In this document: positions 37,598 to 44,710 of the stretch, one piece after another
Layout: the number at the start of each line of letters is the position of its first letter
Position numbering within the stretch: the stretch's first letter is position 1
Virus record (IMG/VR): IMGVR_UViG_3300032235_001069
Coordinates: 21,693-85,692 of that record
Origin: a virus
Strand: one strand, 5' to 3'
Length of the DNA stretch: 64,000 nt
The notes under the pieces: model-generated
The model's database searches: none
What the model saw: only the letters and a program-made list of their open reading frames with translations
What the model was told of the DNA's origin: nothing
Translations under genes and position numbers: made by a program

Positions 37598-37870
37598 TGG
37601 GGGAGGTGGGAATTGAACCCACGACCAAGCGATTATGCTTACTACTATAACTTTCGTTACCAGAATTTCTGTTTGTAGTCTGGACTATGCCTTTACCGTG
37701 GTATTTCTACTTTAGGTAGGTGATTATAGTCTCTACACGTTCCTCTTTCGAGGCTTCGCTCGACGTTGGGATTTTAAACCGTTCATCGAATTTACACCTT
37801 ACTAATTATTCGTTTCCGAATAATCGACCCATTATTAAGTCGCCTGCTCTTACCTCTGAGCTACTCCCCC
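37598..37870 (-). tRNA. tRNA-Ile2(CAT) split by a group I intron (exons 37838-37870 and 37598-37637)
   Basis: Spliced arm GGCGA-CTCATAA-TCGCT; G1-C72 paired; core matches bacterial ileX-type tRNA as recalled. Confidence 0.88.
37638..37837 (-). ncRNA. Group I self-splicing intron, 200 nt, no ORF
   Basis: 5' exon ends at U33; IGS GGGTCG pairs with CGACT; R box GTAGAGACTA; S box AAGGCATAGTCC; terminal G. Confidence 0.88.
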
Positions 37871-37877
37871 TAAAAAC

Positions 37878-38198
37878 TTACAATTCAAAAGCGAGAATGT
37901 TATCTGCTGGAAGAAAGTTCAACTCTGCCTCACCTTCATATAAGGAATATCCTAGCACAGTCAAAGCGAAGACGCAAGCATTATCGTAAGAAAAATCTCG
38001 AAAGGAATGAATCTCTACACCATCATCTTTGTCCACGATGTAATAGTCTTTAATCTCATCAGACAAAGATTTAGGTTCTACACGAAAGCCCAAATGTGTA
38101 AGGGCTTGTTCTTCAGCGGTTTCCGCTGAATCTTTGTCAATCATTACTTGTTCCTGAAAGGAAGTATCATCTTCGATTAGTGTGTATGGTTCGTGCAT
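37878..38198 (-). CDS. Hypothetical acidic protein
   Basis: ORF; start uncertain (38198 or 38264). Confidence 0.55.
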   Translation of the reverse strand: MHEPYTLIEDDTSFQEQVMIDKDSAETAEEQALTHLGFRVEPKSLSDEIKDYYIVDKDDGVEIHSFRDFSYDNACVFALTVLGYSLYEGEAELNFLPADNILAFEL

Positions 38199-38256
38199 AT
38201 TTATTTCTTTAATGTTAAGCATATTACTACAAGGGTTACGATTAGAGCATCCATAA

Positions 38257-38952
38257 TTAGACATGAATTACAAAGCCCGAATTATCTTTTTTTGCTGGTC
38301 CCTTGGCACGCAGTCCCACGATTGCGTTCTTTGGATCAAGGAAGCGGAGATCGTTTTCATCTCCGTCAATGACTTTGAAACCTTCGTGTTCTGTTGGCAA
38401 GGGTTGATCTTTTTTAGTGGAGAAAACAAAAGCTGAATTGTTTCCTTTTGCTAAAGCTGCGAACGATTTAACTTGAGACACTTTAGTCTCTGCGCGTGAA
38501 AAAGTCAAGTGGTAATTTGAAATTGTCAAGTCCAAACGATCAAACAATTTTATGTAATCATAGAACTGCACACCAGAAAAATGCTGGAAAATGTTTTTTC
38601 CCTTGTGGATAATGTCTTCCCATCTGATATCAGAAGTCAAGTTGAGACGAAACACAGCTTGCAAGCTTTTCTTTGCGGCTGATTTGATTCCTGTCTCAAT
38701 TTCTTTGATTAAATTATCCATGAACAAAGCCTGCTCTTCAAAGAAGCTTTTTGTTTTTTCGATTCGCTGTGGCTGAACCATGACACCCATGCCTGCCAAG
38801 TTAAGGCAAGAATCTGTGCAACCTTTTGATCTGCCTTGACAAACTTCATACCCGCTAATGTTAGCGGGTGCAAAGTGAATGCCAAAGGTTTCGTATCCGA
38901 AGGATCTGCCCTTCAGTGTTTTGTAATTAGCAACGGTGAGTATTTTTTGCAT
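38257..38952 (-). CDS. GP88-like phage protein
   Basis: C...S.GC...CL, RLN.TSD, FYDY.K, YHLTFS, DGDENDLRFLD, GL.AKG. Confidence 0.7.
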   Translation of the reverse strand: MQKILTVANYKTLKGRSFGYETFGIHFAPANISGYEVCQGRSKGCTDSCLNLAGMGVMVQPQRIEKTKSFFEEQALFMDNLIKEIETGIKSAAKKSLQAVFRLNLTSDIRWEDIIHKGKNIFQHFSGVQFYDYIKLFDRLDLTISNYHLTFSRAETKVSQVKSFAALAKGNNSAFVFSTKKDQPLPTEHEGFKVIDGDENDLRFLDPKNAIVGLRAKGPAKKDNSGFVIHV

Positions 38953-38980
38953 GACGTAAGAATATCACTAGCAAGGGTTC

Positions 38981-39078
38981 GTGCAACAATTATTTCGCAA
39001 AATATTTACGCCTTTAGGCGTAATAGTTCTTGACATCCCAGCCAGGGCTACCCCTGGCCCCCACCCGATGGGTGGGGG
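38981..39078. repeat. Cassette-junction element B
   Basis: TTACGCCT-TT-AGGCGTAA; TAGTTCTTGACA; CCAGGG-CTAC-CCCTGG; GC hairpin. Confidence 0.9.
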
Positions 39079-39131
39079 TCAGCTTCCCGATAGTGTTGGT
39101 AGTCAGTTAAACAAACCAAAAAACAAACCAA

Positions 39132-39386
39132 CTATCTATTTGGAAGAATGGAATTGTCCAAGATTCTGTCAAGGTAGAACATTCCGAAGTGTGGTTGCTC
39201 CACCTTACCGTTCTTTGCTACTATGTAGAGAGTGACAGCTTCAGGTGGGCAATGGTTAGTTCCACCTTTTGATCCTTTCTTTACGCCAGTACGAACGGTG
39301 TAGGTGTTTGTTTCACCTTTCTTGTTGTGATACTTAATCGAAAAGAACTTTCCGTTTGTTGTTGCGATAATGCGTTTGCCAATCAT
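39132..39386 (-). CDS. Small SH3/WYL-like beta protein
   Basis: GKFFSI.Y..K.GE.......GVKK. Confidence 0.6.
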   Translation of the reverse strand: MIGKRIIATTNGKFFSIKYHNKKGETNTYTVRTGVKKGSKGGTNHCPPEAVTLYIVAKNGKVEQPHFGMFYLDRILDNSILPNR

Positions 39387-39390
39387 AATG

Positions 39391-39642
39391 TTATTCCTCG
39401 TCTTCGTCGTCAAAATCTTCGTCCTCGTCGTCCCAATCATCTGGTTCTGTGGTGTTCATCGCAATGGTGGCGAGCAGATGATCGTAGTCTCCGCTTTGCG
39501 CTTCTTCTAGAACCGCACGAACTTCTTCTTGTGACCAGCCTTGGCGAAGCGCATTGCTTCTCCATGTTCCCATGATCACGAATGCATTGCCATCGAGGCC
39601 GACCAACTGCATCTTAACTTTCTTGGTTTTTGTGTTTTGCAT
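39391..39642 (-). CDS. Small conserved phage protein with acidic tail
   Basis: LVG.DGNAF.IMG...A....GW..EE...EA.SGDYDHLL. Confidence 0.75.
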   Translation of the reverse strand: MQNTKTKKVKMQLVGLDGNAFVIMGTWRSNALRQGWSQEEVRAVLEEAQSGDYDHLLATIAMNTTEPDDWDDEDEDFDDEDEE

Positions 39643-39732
39643 GTCGCTTGTATTGTTTTTTGCTTGGTTGTACGACTCGCAACATTCTGTTGCCCCATCG
39701 TAAAGTTTTTTGATAGGTTACTCCATCAACTT

Positions 39733-39975
39733 TTAGTTGTTTCTTTTTGGAGTCCATACTTTGAGCATAGCCTCATCCTTCATAATGTCAATACCGAATC
39801 CTAAAGTCTGGAAAGTATTTCTGAGAGTGTAGGCTTGGAGTTCAAGAATCTTTTTCATTTCGCTAGTTGACATTGCATCGCCAACAGCTTCCTGCGTAGC
39901 CCTGTGGAATGCGTAAAGCATTTCACAGAACTGGTTTACCAACGGGGTCAACTCTTCAATAGTGCTTTTGTTCAT
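39733..39975 (-). CDS. Hypothetical early protein (leaderless)
   Basis: TTGCGC-N16-TATGCT-TCTCAC-ATG. Confidence 0.65.
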   Translation of the reverse strand: MNKSTIEELTPLVNQFCEMLYAFHRATQEAVGDAMSTSEMKKILELQAYTLRNTFQTLGFGIDIMKDEAMLKVWTPKRNN

Positions 39976-40003
39976 GTGAGAAGCATATACAGAGCAAACG
40001 AAT

Positions 40004-40100
40004 GCGCAACATTTATTTCAAAAATATTTACGTCCTTGGACGTAATAGTTGTTGACAGTCCAGCCAGGGGTAGCCCTGGACCCCCGCCTTTCGGCGGGAG
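40004..40100. repeat. Cassette-junction element C
   Basis: TTACGTCC-TT-GGACGTAA; TAGTTGTTGACA; CCAGGG-GTAG-CCCTGG; hairpin. Confidence 0.9.
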
Positions 40101-40116
40101 CCCATTCGTATGGAAA

Positions 40117-40422
40117 TTAATGTGCGACTACTTCTGCTTCGTCGATTTCTATAGAGAAGTCTCCACCACCAAAGGAGAATTCAAGCTCATTACCCGTAAG
40201 GGAAACTTCTTGAGGAAGCCTGCGATCTGTTTTATGGTTAAGTAGAACGCTGTGATCCATCCCATCTTTCCACCTTTCGAGGTGAACATTAGTGGGAACG
40301 AAGTGGGAGACATGATTCCAGAGAATCAATCTTTCTCCCTTTTTGATTGCTCTCTTGACTCTCTCAACGTGAGCGTGTTTGACTTTGATTGTGATGTTGG
40401 TGTTTCCAATGTTTGTTTGCAT
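40117..40422 (-). CDS. Hypothetical early protein (leaderless)
   Basis: TTGCAC...TATGCT-TCTCAC-ATG. Confidence 0.65.
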   Translation of the reverse strand: MQTNIGNTNITIKVKHAHVERVKRAIKKGERLILWNHVSHFVPTNVHLERWKDGMDHSVLLNHKTDRRLPQEVSLTGNELEFSFGGGDFSIEIDEAEVVAH

Positions 40423-40450
40423 GTGAGAAGCATAGCAAAAGCTCTCATGC

Positions 40451-40544
40451 GTGCAACAATTTTAATTAAAAAAAATTACGCACCTGTGCGTAATAGTTGT
40501 TGACAGGAAAGCCAGGGCCCTGGACCCCGCCTTGCGGTGGGGTC
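40451..40544. repeat. Cassette-junction element D
   Basis: TTACGCAC-CT-GTGCGTAA; TTGACA; CCAGGGCCCTGG (core absent); hairpin. Confidence 0.9.
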
Positions 40545-40552
40545 TGGTTCTT

Positions 40553-40762
40553 TTACGCTTGTTTGATTCTCGCCTCTACGAGCATCTCATTGAACTGGTC
40601 AAGCACTTTCTGCTTGTTGCCTCTCAAACCAAACTCCTTTTTGATTTGAGCATATGCGGAACATCCTTTGATCGGATAGATTCCTTTTGTTTCGAGTTTC
40701 AGGGCGCTTGCCAGCATCAGGAGGCGATAAGCGGAGATTTGTTGTGGTGTGTCTAGTGTCAT
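40553..40762 (-). CDS. Hypothetical early protein
   Basis: ALKLE.KG......SAY..IKKEFGL.G.K..VL.Q. Confidence 0.65.
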   Translation of the reverse strand: MTLDTPQQISAYRLLMLASALKLETKGIYPIKGCSAYAQIKKEFGLRGNKQKVLDQFNEMLVEARIKQA

Positions 40763-40763
40763 A

Positions 40764-40967
40764 TTAGGTGTAGCATACTGGGTGGATGTCATTCCTGCAA
40801 CCATTATATTTTCTGTTCATCATAATGGAATGGGTGTGCATGACTCTTTTGAGCCTCTGCTTGGATTCTGTCTTGACCTTCTTCAACTTGGAAAGCTCCA
40901 TCTGCAGATAGGTAATCTCATCAATGCTGAGACTTTTTGCGGCTTCAATGATTTGTTTTTTATTCAT
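40764..40967 (-). CDS. Hypothetical early protein
   Basis: ORF in cassette. Confidence 0.5.
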   Translation of the reverse strand: MNKKQIIEAAKSLSIDEITYLQMELSKLKKVKTESKQRLKRVMHTHSIMMNRKYNGCRNDIHPVCYT

Positions 40968-40972
40968 AAGAA

Positions 40973-41308
40973 TTAGCGAAAGACTCTTGTCAAGTGATTA
41001 TTGACACCGTTCTTGAAAAGCTCATAGTCAACGCAGTCAACCGCATCCAACTTGTACCCACCGATATTCCATTCAAACAAAACGTCTGGGCTGGATGGTA
41101 CACGCTTCCATGCGTAGATGGTGGCGACTGTATCATTGGGGAACTTTAAGCGCCATTCGATGTTAACTTTTTCGCTTTCATCGATTGGATTATTATGCTT
41201 GTCAGGCGCACCGAATACAGCAACCAATTGGTCGTATGTGCATGAGATGTAACCTTTGAGCGAGGTTCCGTTGATGAGTGGCGTTCTTCTAACTGTTGTA
41301 GTTGTCAT
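40973..41308 (-). CDS. Conserved small phage protein
   Basis: GTSLKGY....Y.QL...FG.P...KV..EW......ATIY.WK.....W.IGG. Confidence 0.75.
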   Translation of the reverse strand: MTTTTVRRTPLINGTSLKGYISCTYDQLVAVFGAPDKHNNPIDESEKVNIEWRLKFPNDTVATIYAWKRVPSSPDVLFEWNIGGYKLDAVDCVDYELFKNGVNNHLTRVFR

Positions 41309-41337
41309 GGATAGAAAGATAGCACAGGAAAGAGTGC

Positions 41338-41412
41338 GTGCAACTTATTTTTCAAAAATAATTACGCCCTTGGGCGTAATAGTGCTTGACAGATCCCCAG
41401 GGCTACCCCTGG
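41338..41412. repeat. Cassette-junction element E
   Basis: TTACGCCC-TT-GGGCGTAA; TTGACA; CCAGGG-CTAC-CCCTGG abutting tRNA-Lys 3' end. Confidence 0.9.
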
Positions 41413-41416
41413 GCGT

Positions 41417-41491
41417 TGGTGGACAGGATGAGACTCGAACTCATAACCAACGCCTTAAAAGGGCGCTGCTCTACCATTGAGCTACCTGTCC
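41417..41491 (-). tRNA. tRNA-Lys(TTT)
   Basis: Reverse-complement cloverleaf, CTTTTAA loop, CCA. Confidence 0.95.
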
Positions 41492-41559
41492 CTTTGTGCC
41501 AGAGCCTCCCCTGCACCCGCAGGGGAGGATGGATGACACAACACACCTAACCACAGAAA

Positions 41560-41868
41560 TTATTTTCTTGCTACCTCAAAGCAGTGAGCCGCATGGAGTT
41601 CCAGATGTTTGCGGATGTCTTTAATCTTTTGCTTGACCTCATCTCTTTGAGAGACTGCCATGTTCCAACTCTCATCACCCTTTGGGTAGTAGTCTCGCTT
41701 GTGGAACTCAACCGCAAAAAACTTTTCAGAGAATTGTTCTAACGCACGAAGTGCATCGAAGTATTGTCCACCTAGCGCTTTACCGCTATTCCCATTCATG
41801 TGGATAAATGGAAAGCAAACAGAAGGATTATCAAGCTGAACTTGTGATTGTGCTGTTTCGGAGATCAT
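41560..41868 (-). CDS. Hypothetical early protein
   Basis: P.IH.NG.S...L...FH.RDYYP. Confidence 0.65.
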   Translation of the reverse strand: MISETAQSQVQLDNPSVCFPFIHMNGNSGKALGGQYFDALRALEQFSEKFFAVEFHKRDYYPKGDESWNMAVSQRDEVKQKIKDIRKHLELHAAHCFEVARK

Positions 41869-42020
41869 TGTTGCAAGTATGTTTGGATTTTTTCTTTTAG
41901 TTCAATGAGGAAGTTTTCTTCCACGTTCAATTCGTATGAGAGCTTATCTCTTAAGTCTGCATCTGTCAAGCAATGTTTGCAGATTTCGAGGGCTTTGGTG
42001 ATGTCTTCTGGTGTTAACAT
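41865..42020 (-). CDS. Hypothetical early protein
   Basis: ORF from MLTPED. Confidence 0.5.
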   Translation of the reverse strand: MLTPEDITKALEICKHCLTDADLRDKLSYELNVEENFLIELKEKIQTYLQQ

Positions 42021-42021
42021 A

Positions 42022-42219
42022 TTATGCGTATTTGGCTTCGTACTCTGCATTGCAGATGACATGATCAAGCCAGATCTGAAACTTCTTGAGATTCCATACT
42101 CCGCTCTTGACCCATTCATAGGCTTGTTCGGAGGTAATGCTCAGATAGCCTTCTCTGTCAGTTGATTTGATGTCGTGTTTGTTCATGCCTTCTAGTGTTA
42201 GCATATTATGCACTTTCAA
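42022..42219 (-). CDS. Hypothetical early protein
   Basis: YEWVKSG.W..K.F..W; start uncertain. Confidence 0.55.
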   Translation of the reverse strand: MKVHNMLTLEGMNKHDIKSTDREGYLSITSEQAYEWVKSGVWNLKKFQIWLDHVICNAEYEAKYA

Positions 42220-42526
42220 TCATGCTCATGAGCATTACCTTTACGTTGACTTCCTGCAAAACAATAAACTTGAGTGTTGAATTAATGCATGAGGTGAGTT
42301 CGACGAATCCATCAGCATAAAGTTTTGCGCCACAATCAAATTTAAACTTTATTTCTGCTCCATCATTGCCACAAAACAAACCAAACTCGTCAAGAGATTC
42401 TGAGTCGTTGTTGTAGTACCAGATTTCTGATCTGCCTTTGTATGCGAGTCCCCAAGAACTTTCGAGGATGTTTCGCAGGTTTGTGGCATTGATTGGTTTT
42501 GGTTCTGCTTTCAATGGGTTGTTCAT
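42206..42526 (-). CDS. Hypothetical early protein (leaderless)
   Basis: First gene after TTGCGC promoter. Confidence 0.6.
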   Translation of the reverse strand: MNNPLKAEPKPINATNLRNILESSWGLAYKGRSEIWYYNNDSESLDEFGLFCGNDGAEIKFKFDCGAKLYADGFVELTSCINSTLKFIVLQEVNVKVMLMSMIESA

Positions 42527-42556
42527 GTTTAGAACTCTATCATGGGTTTTGATTCG

Positions 42557-42654
42557 CGCAACATTTATTTATCAAAAAATTACGCACTTAGTGCGTAATA
42601 GTTCTTGACAGTCGAGCCAGGGGTAGCCCTGGCCCCAACCCTTTCGGGTTGAGG
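42557..42654. repeat. Cassette-junction element F
   Basis: TTACGCACT-T-AGTGCGTAA; TAGTTCTTGACA; CCAGGG-GTAG-CCCTGG; CCCCAACCCTTTCGGGTTGAGG. Confidence 0.9.
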
Positions 42655-42662
42655 CGGTTATG

Positions 42663-42938
42663 CTAGTCTTCCAATTCGTAGGGTCGAATCTCGCGATCAA
42701 AAGCGTGCCACTCGCTGACCTCTTTTTCCTCCTCTTCTTCTTCGTCCCCACCGAAGAGCGAGTCCCACTCTTCGGCGGTTATGCCTGACTTAATGAACTC
42801 CCGCTCGTCGGGAGTTAAGTTAGGGAACGCATCTTGCAGCAGAGCGCCTGCTGCATAGAGGTCGAGCTGCGTCTGCGTGATGGGAAGATCAAGCGTGTTG
42901 ACTTCCCCCGATACCCACGATGTGCGTGTGATGTTCAT
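42663..42938 (-). CDS. Conserved small phage protein
   Basis: TLDLPIT......G.L.Q.AFPNL..DEREFI.SGIT..EW. Confidence 0.75.
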   Translation of the reverse strand: MNITRTSWVSGEVNTLDLPITQTQLDLYAAGALLQDAFPNLTPDEREFIKSGITAEEWDSLFGGDEEEEEEKEVSEWHAFDREIRPYELED

Positions 42939-42947
42939 GTTTTTTTA

Positions 42948-43130
42948 TTATTTGTTATTGACTTGACGGATAGAAGAAACTGGTGGCCATTCGGGCTTTT
43001 CGCCATTGATCAATCTGATCATGTACAAACGCTCTTCGATTAAACACTCAATTGCGCTTTCTAGCTGGCGCAACGAATCGAGGTCGCTGAAGTTCTGCTT
43101 AATGAGGTCGATTAGAGGGTTCACGTTCAT
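42948..43130 (-). CDS. Hypothetical early protein
   Basis: First gene of cassette. Confidence 0.5.
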   Translation of the reverse strand: MNVNPLIDLIKQNFSDLDSLRQLESAIECLIEERLYMIRLINGEKPEWPPVSSIRQVNNK

Positions 43131-43183
43131 GGAAGAATCATCTCACACTTTTGTTTTTTAACAATAAAAAAGAGCAAAAAAAT

Positions 43184-43258
43184 TTACGTTACAAGCGTAA
43201 TAGTTGTTGACAGCCAGTCCAGGGGTAGCCCTGGCCTCCAACCCATTCGGGTTGAGGG
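43184..43258. repeat. Cassette-junction element G
   Basis: TTACGTT-ACA-AGCGTAA; TAGTTGTTGACA; CCAGGG-GTAG-CCCTGG; hairpin. Confidence 0.9.
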
Positions 43259-43270
43259 CTTTAGCTCTGT

Positions 43271-43531
43271 CTACTTAGCCAAGTCAAAGAATGGGCCGCT
43301 GAACTGGATCTGCCGTTCGTGCGCAAGTGCTTGCGCCCGTTCACGTTCCTCTTCGTCTGCCACCTGCTGATTGAGGATATGCGCTTCCTGCAACATTGCG
43401 CTGCACTCATGCGCAAGCATGAAAAGCAATGTGTGTTGCTCGCAAGTGAGGTTAAGTGGGTCGAGCCCCGCAACCATTTTGCGGGACTCAATGAGGACTG
43501 CGTTTTGCATGAGTTGAAGTGCGTTTTGCAT
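43271..43531 (-). CDS. Hypothetical early protein
   Basis: ORF from MQNALQ. Confidence 0.55.
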   Translation of the reverse strand: MQNALQLMQNAVLIESRKMVAGLDPLNLTCEQHTLLFMLAHECSAMLQEAHILNQQVADEEERERAQALAHERQIQFSGPFFDLAK

Positions 43532-43542
43532 AGGATGTATGA

Positions 43543-43752
43543 TTAGCGGTTCTGGAGCTGTTCGATTCTGTCTGCGATATGTTCTTTGGCCTCTGGCACA
43601 AAAGTTGCCATGCCTATCAAGAAACCTTCGAGGTGGCCAACCATGCACGCATCGACAAGTTTCTCGCCATGCCTTTTCGCGATGTCCGCCCTAGTGGTGG
43701 CCATGAAGGTTTCGATCATCTGAACTGCGTCTGTGTACCTGTTGTTTTCCAT
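43543..43752 (-). CDS. Hypothetical early protein (leaderless)
   Basis: TTGCGG...TATGCT/TATTGT then ATG. Confidence 0.6.
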   Translation of the reverse strand: MENNRYTDAVQMIETFMATTRADIAKRHGEKLVDACMVGHLEGFLIGMATFVPEAKEHIADRIEQLQNR

Positions 43753-43841
43753 GCCCAAACAATAGCATAAAAAGAAAAGACCGCAACACTCTTTTTTCAT
43801 GCCAAGCGTGAAAAAAAGTTCATAAAAATTTTCACTTAATA

Positions 43842-43904
43842 GCGTAATAGTTCTTGACACCCAGCCCAGGGGTAGCCCTGGACCCCAACCCTTTCGGGTT
43901 GAGG
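43842..43904. repeat. Cassette-junction element H
   Basis: GCGTAATAGTTCTTGACA; CCAGGG-GTAG-CCCTGG; CCCCAACCCTTTCGGGTTGAGG. Confidence 0.9.
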
Positions 43905-43918
43905 TGTTTGCGCTTATG

Positions 43919-44185
43919 CTATTCTTCCATCATGCACTCGATGGCTGCTTTAATCTTTGCTAGTGAATCTGGGTCATTATATCCTTGACGGATTTGCTGA
44001 ATGATTCCTTCGCATGATTGCGTATTCTCGACGAACGTGCATAACTCCTTGAAGTCTGGGTCGCTTGGAAGCGACAGCGCCCAATTCAGACTCTGCTGAA
44101 TTGCGCGAAGTGCGTTTAGATCCCTGTCTTCGTAAGTATCGGTGGTTTCAGGATAGTCGTACATAACTGAGAGAATCATATACAA
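43919..44185 (-). CDS. Hypothetical early protein
   Basis: Single-gene cassette; start uncertain. Confidence 0.55.
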   Translation of the reverse strand: MYMILSVMYDYPETTDTYEDRDLNALRAIQQSLNWALSLPSDPDFKELCTFVENTQSCEGIIQQIRQGYNDPDSLAKIKAAIECMMEE

Positions 44186-44223
44186 GAAAGTGTGCGGTTC
44201 AACATAAAAATTTTGCTTTTGAT

Positions 44224-44287
44224 GCGTAATAGTTCTTGACAGCCAGTCCAGGGGTAGCCCTGGCCCCCAACCCTTTCGGGTTGAGGG
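44224..44287. repeat. Cassette-junction element I
   Basis: GCGTAATAGTTCTTGACA; CCAGGG-GTAG-CCCTGG; same hairpin as F and H. Confidence 0.9.
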
Positions 44288-44299
44288 TTTTGCGTATGC

Positions 44300-44539
44300 T
44301 TACTTACCGCATGCGGCAAGTGCATCTTGCGCGTACCGCTCGCGCTCCTCAAACCATTCGACGGAGGCGACATCCGCCTCCTGCGTGAAACGCGCCTCCT
44401 GCGCGTTCGCGCATGCGAAGGATGCAATTTGATGGAGGAGCGCGATATGCTCCTCCGTCAAGGAGGCGCAATTGAGGTCGCGCACGCAGGCGCGAACGTG
44501 GATGAGGACCGCTGTGAGATTTGACGATGTATTAACCAT
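44300..44539 (-). CDS. Hypothetical early protein (GC-rich)
   Basis: Single-gene cassette from MVNTSS. Confidence 0.55.
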   Translation of the reverse strand: MVNTSSNLTAVLIHVRACVRDLNCASLTEEHIALLHQIASFACANAQEARFTQEADVASVEWFEERERYAQDALAACGK

Positions 44540-44605
44540 GCGGACACAGTACAAAAAGAATGCTGTGATTGGAAGGATTATTTTGCAAAAAATTTCTCAC
44601 TCTAT

Positions 44606-44700
44606 GCTTAATAGTTCTTGACAGGGTGGCCAGGGCTCCCCCTGGGCAAATTTTGCCTAGTGAGTTTTTGCCGCTTTTGGGACTAGGCACTTTTTGCCTA
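44606..44700. repeat. Cassette-junction element J plus two TAGGC/GCCTA palindromes (right boundary)
   Basis: GCTTAATAGTTCTTGACA; CCAGGG-CTCC-CCCTGG; GGCAAATTTTGCCTAG; CTAGGCACTTTTTGCCTA. Confidence 0.88.
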
Positions 44701-44710
44701 CTGCTCCAGG

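Noticed and set aside
37720-37989. 89-aa plus-strand ORF as an intron-encoded protein
   Set aside because: It is antisense to the intron/tRNA and has no endonuclease motif.
36973-44623. Plus-strand sigma70 promoters at the repeated TTGACA
   Set aside because: The position 16-18 nt downstream falls in CCCTGG, so there is no -10 box.
36949-44645. CRISPR or classical integron (attC) array
   Set aside because: The intervals are 0.4-2 kb and hold whole promoter-bearing genes. There are no GTTRRRY/RYYYAAC ends and no integron integrase in the window.
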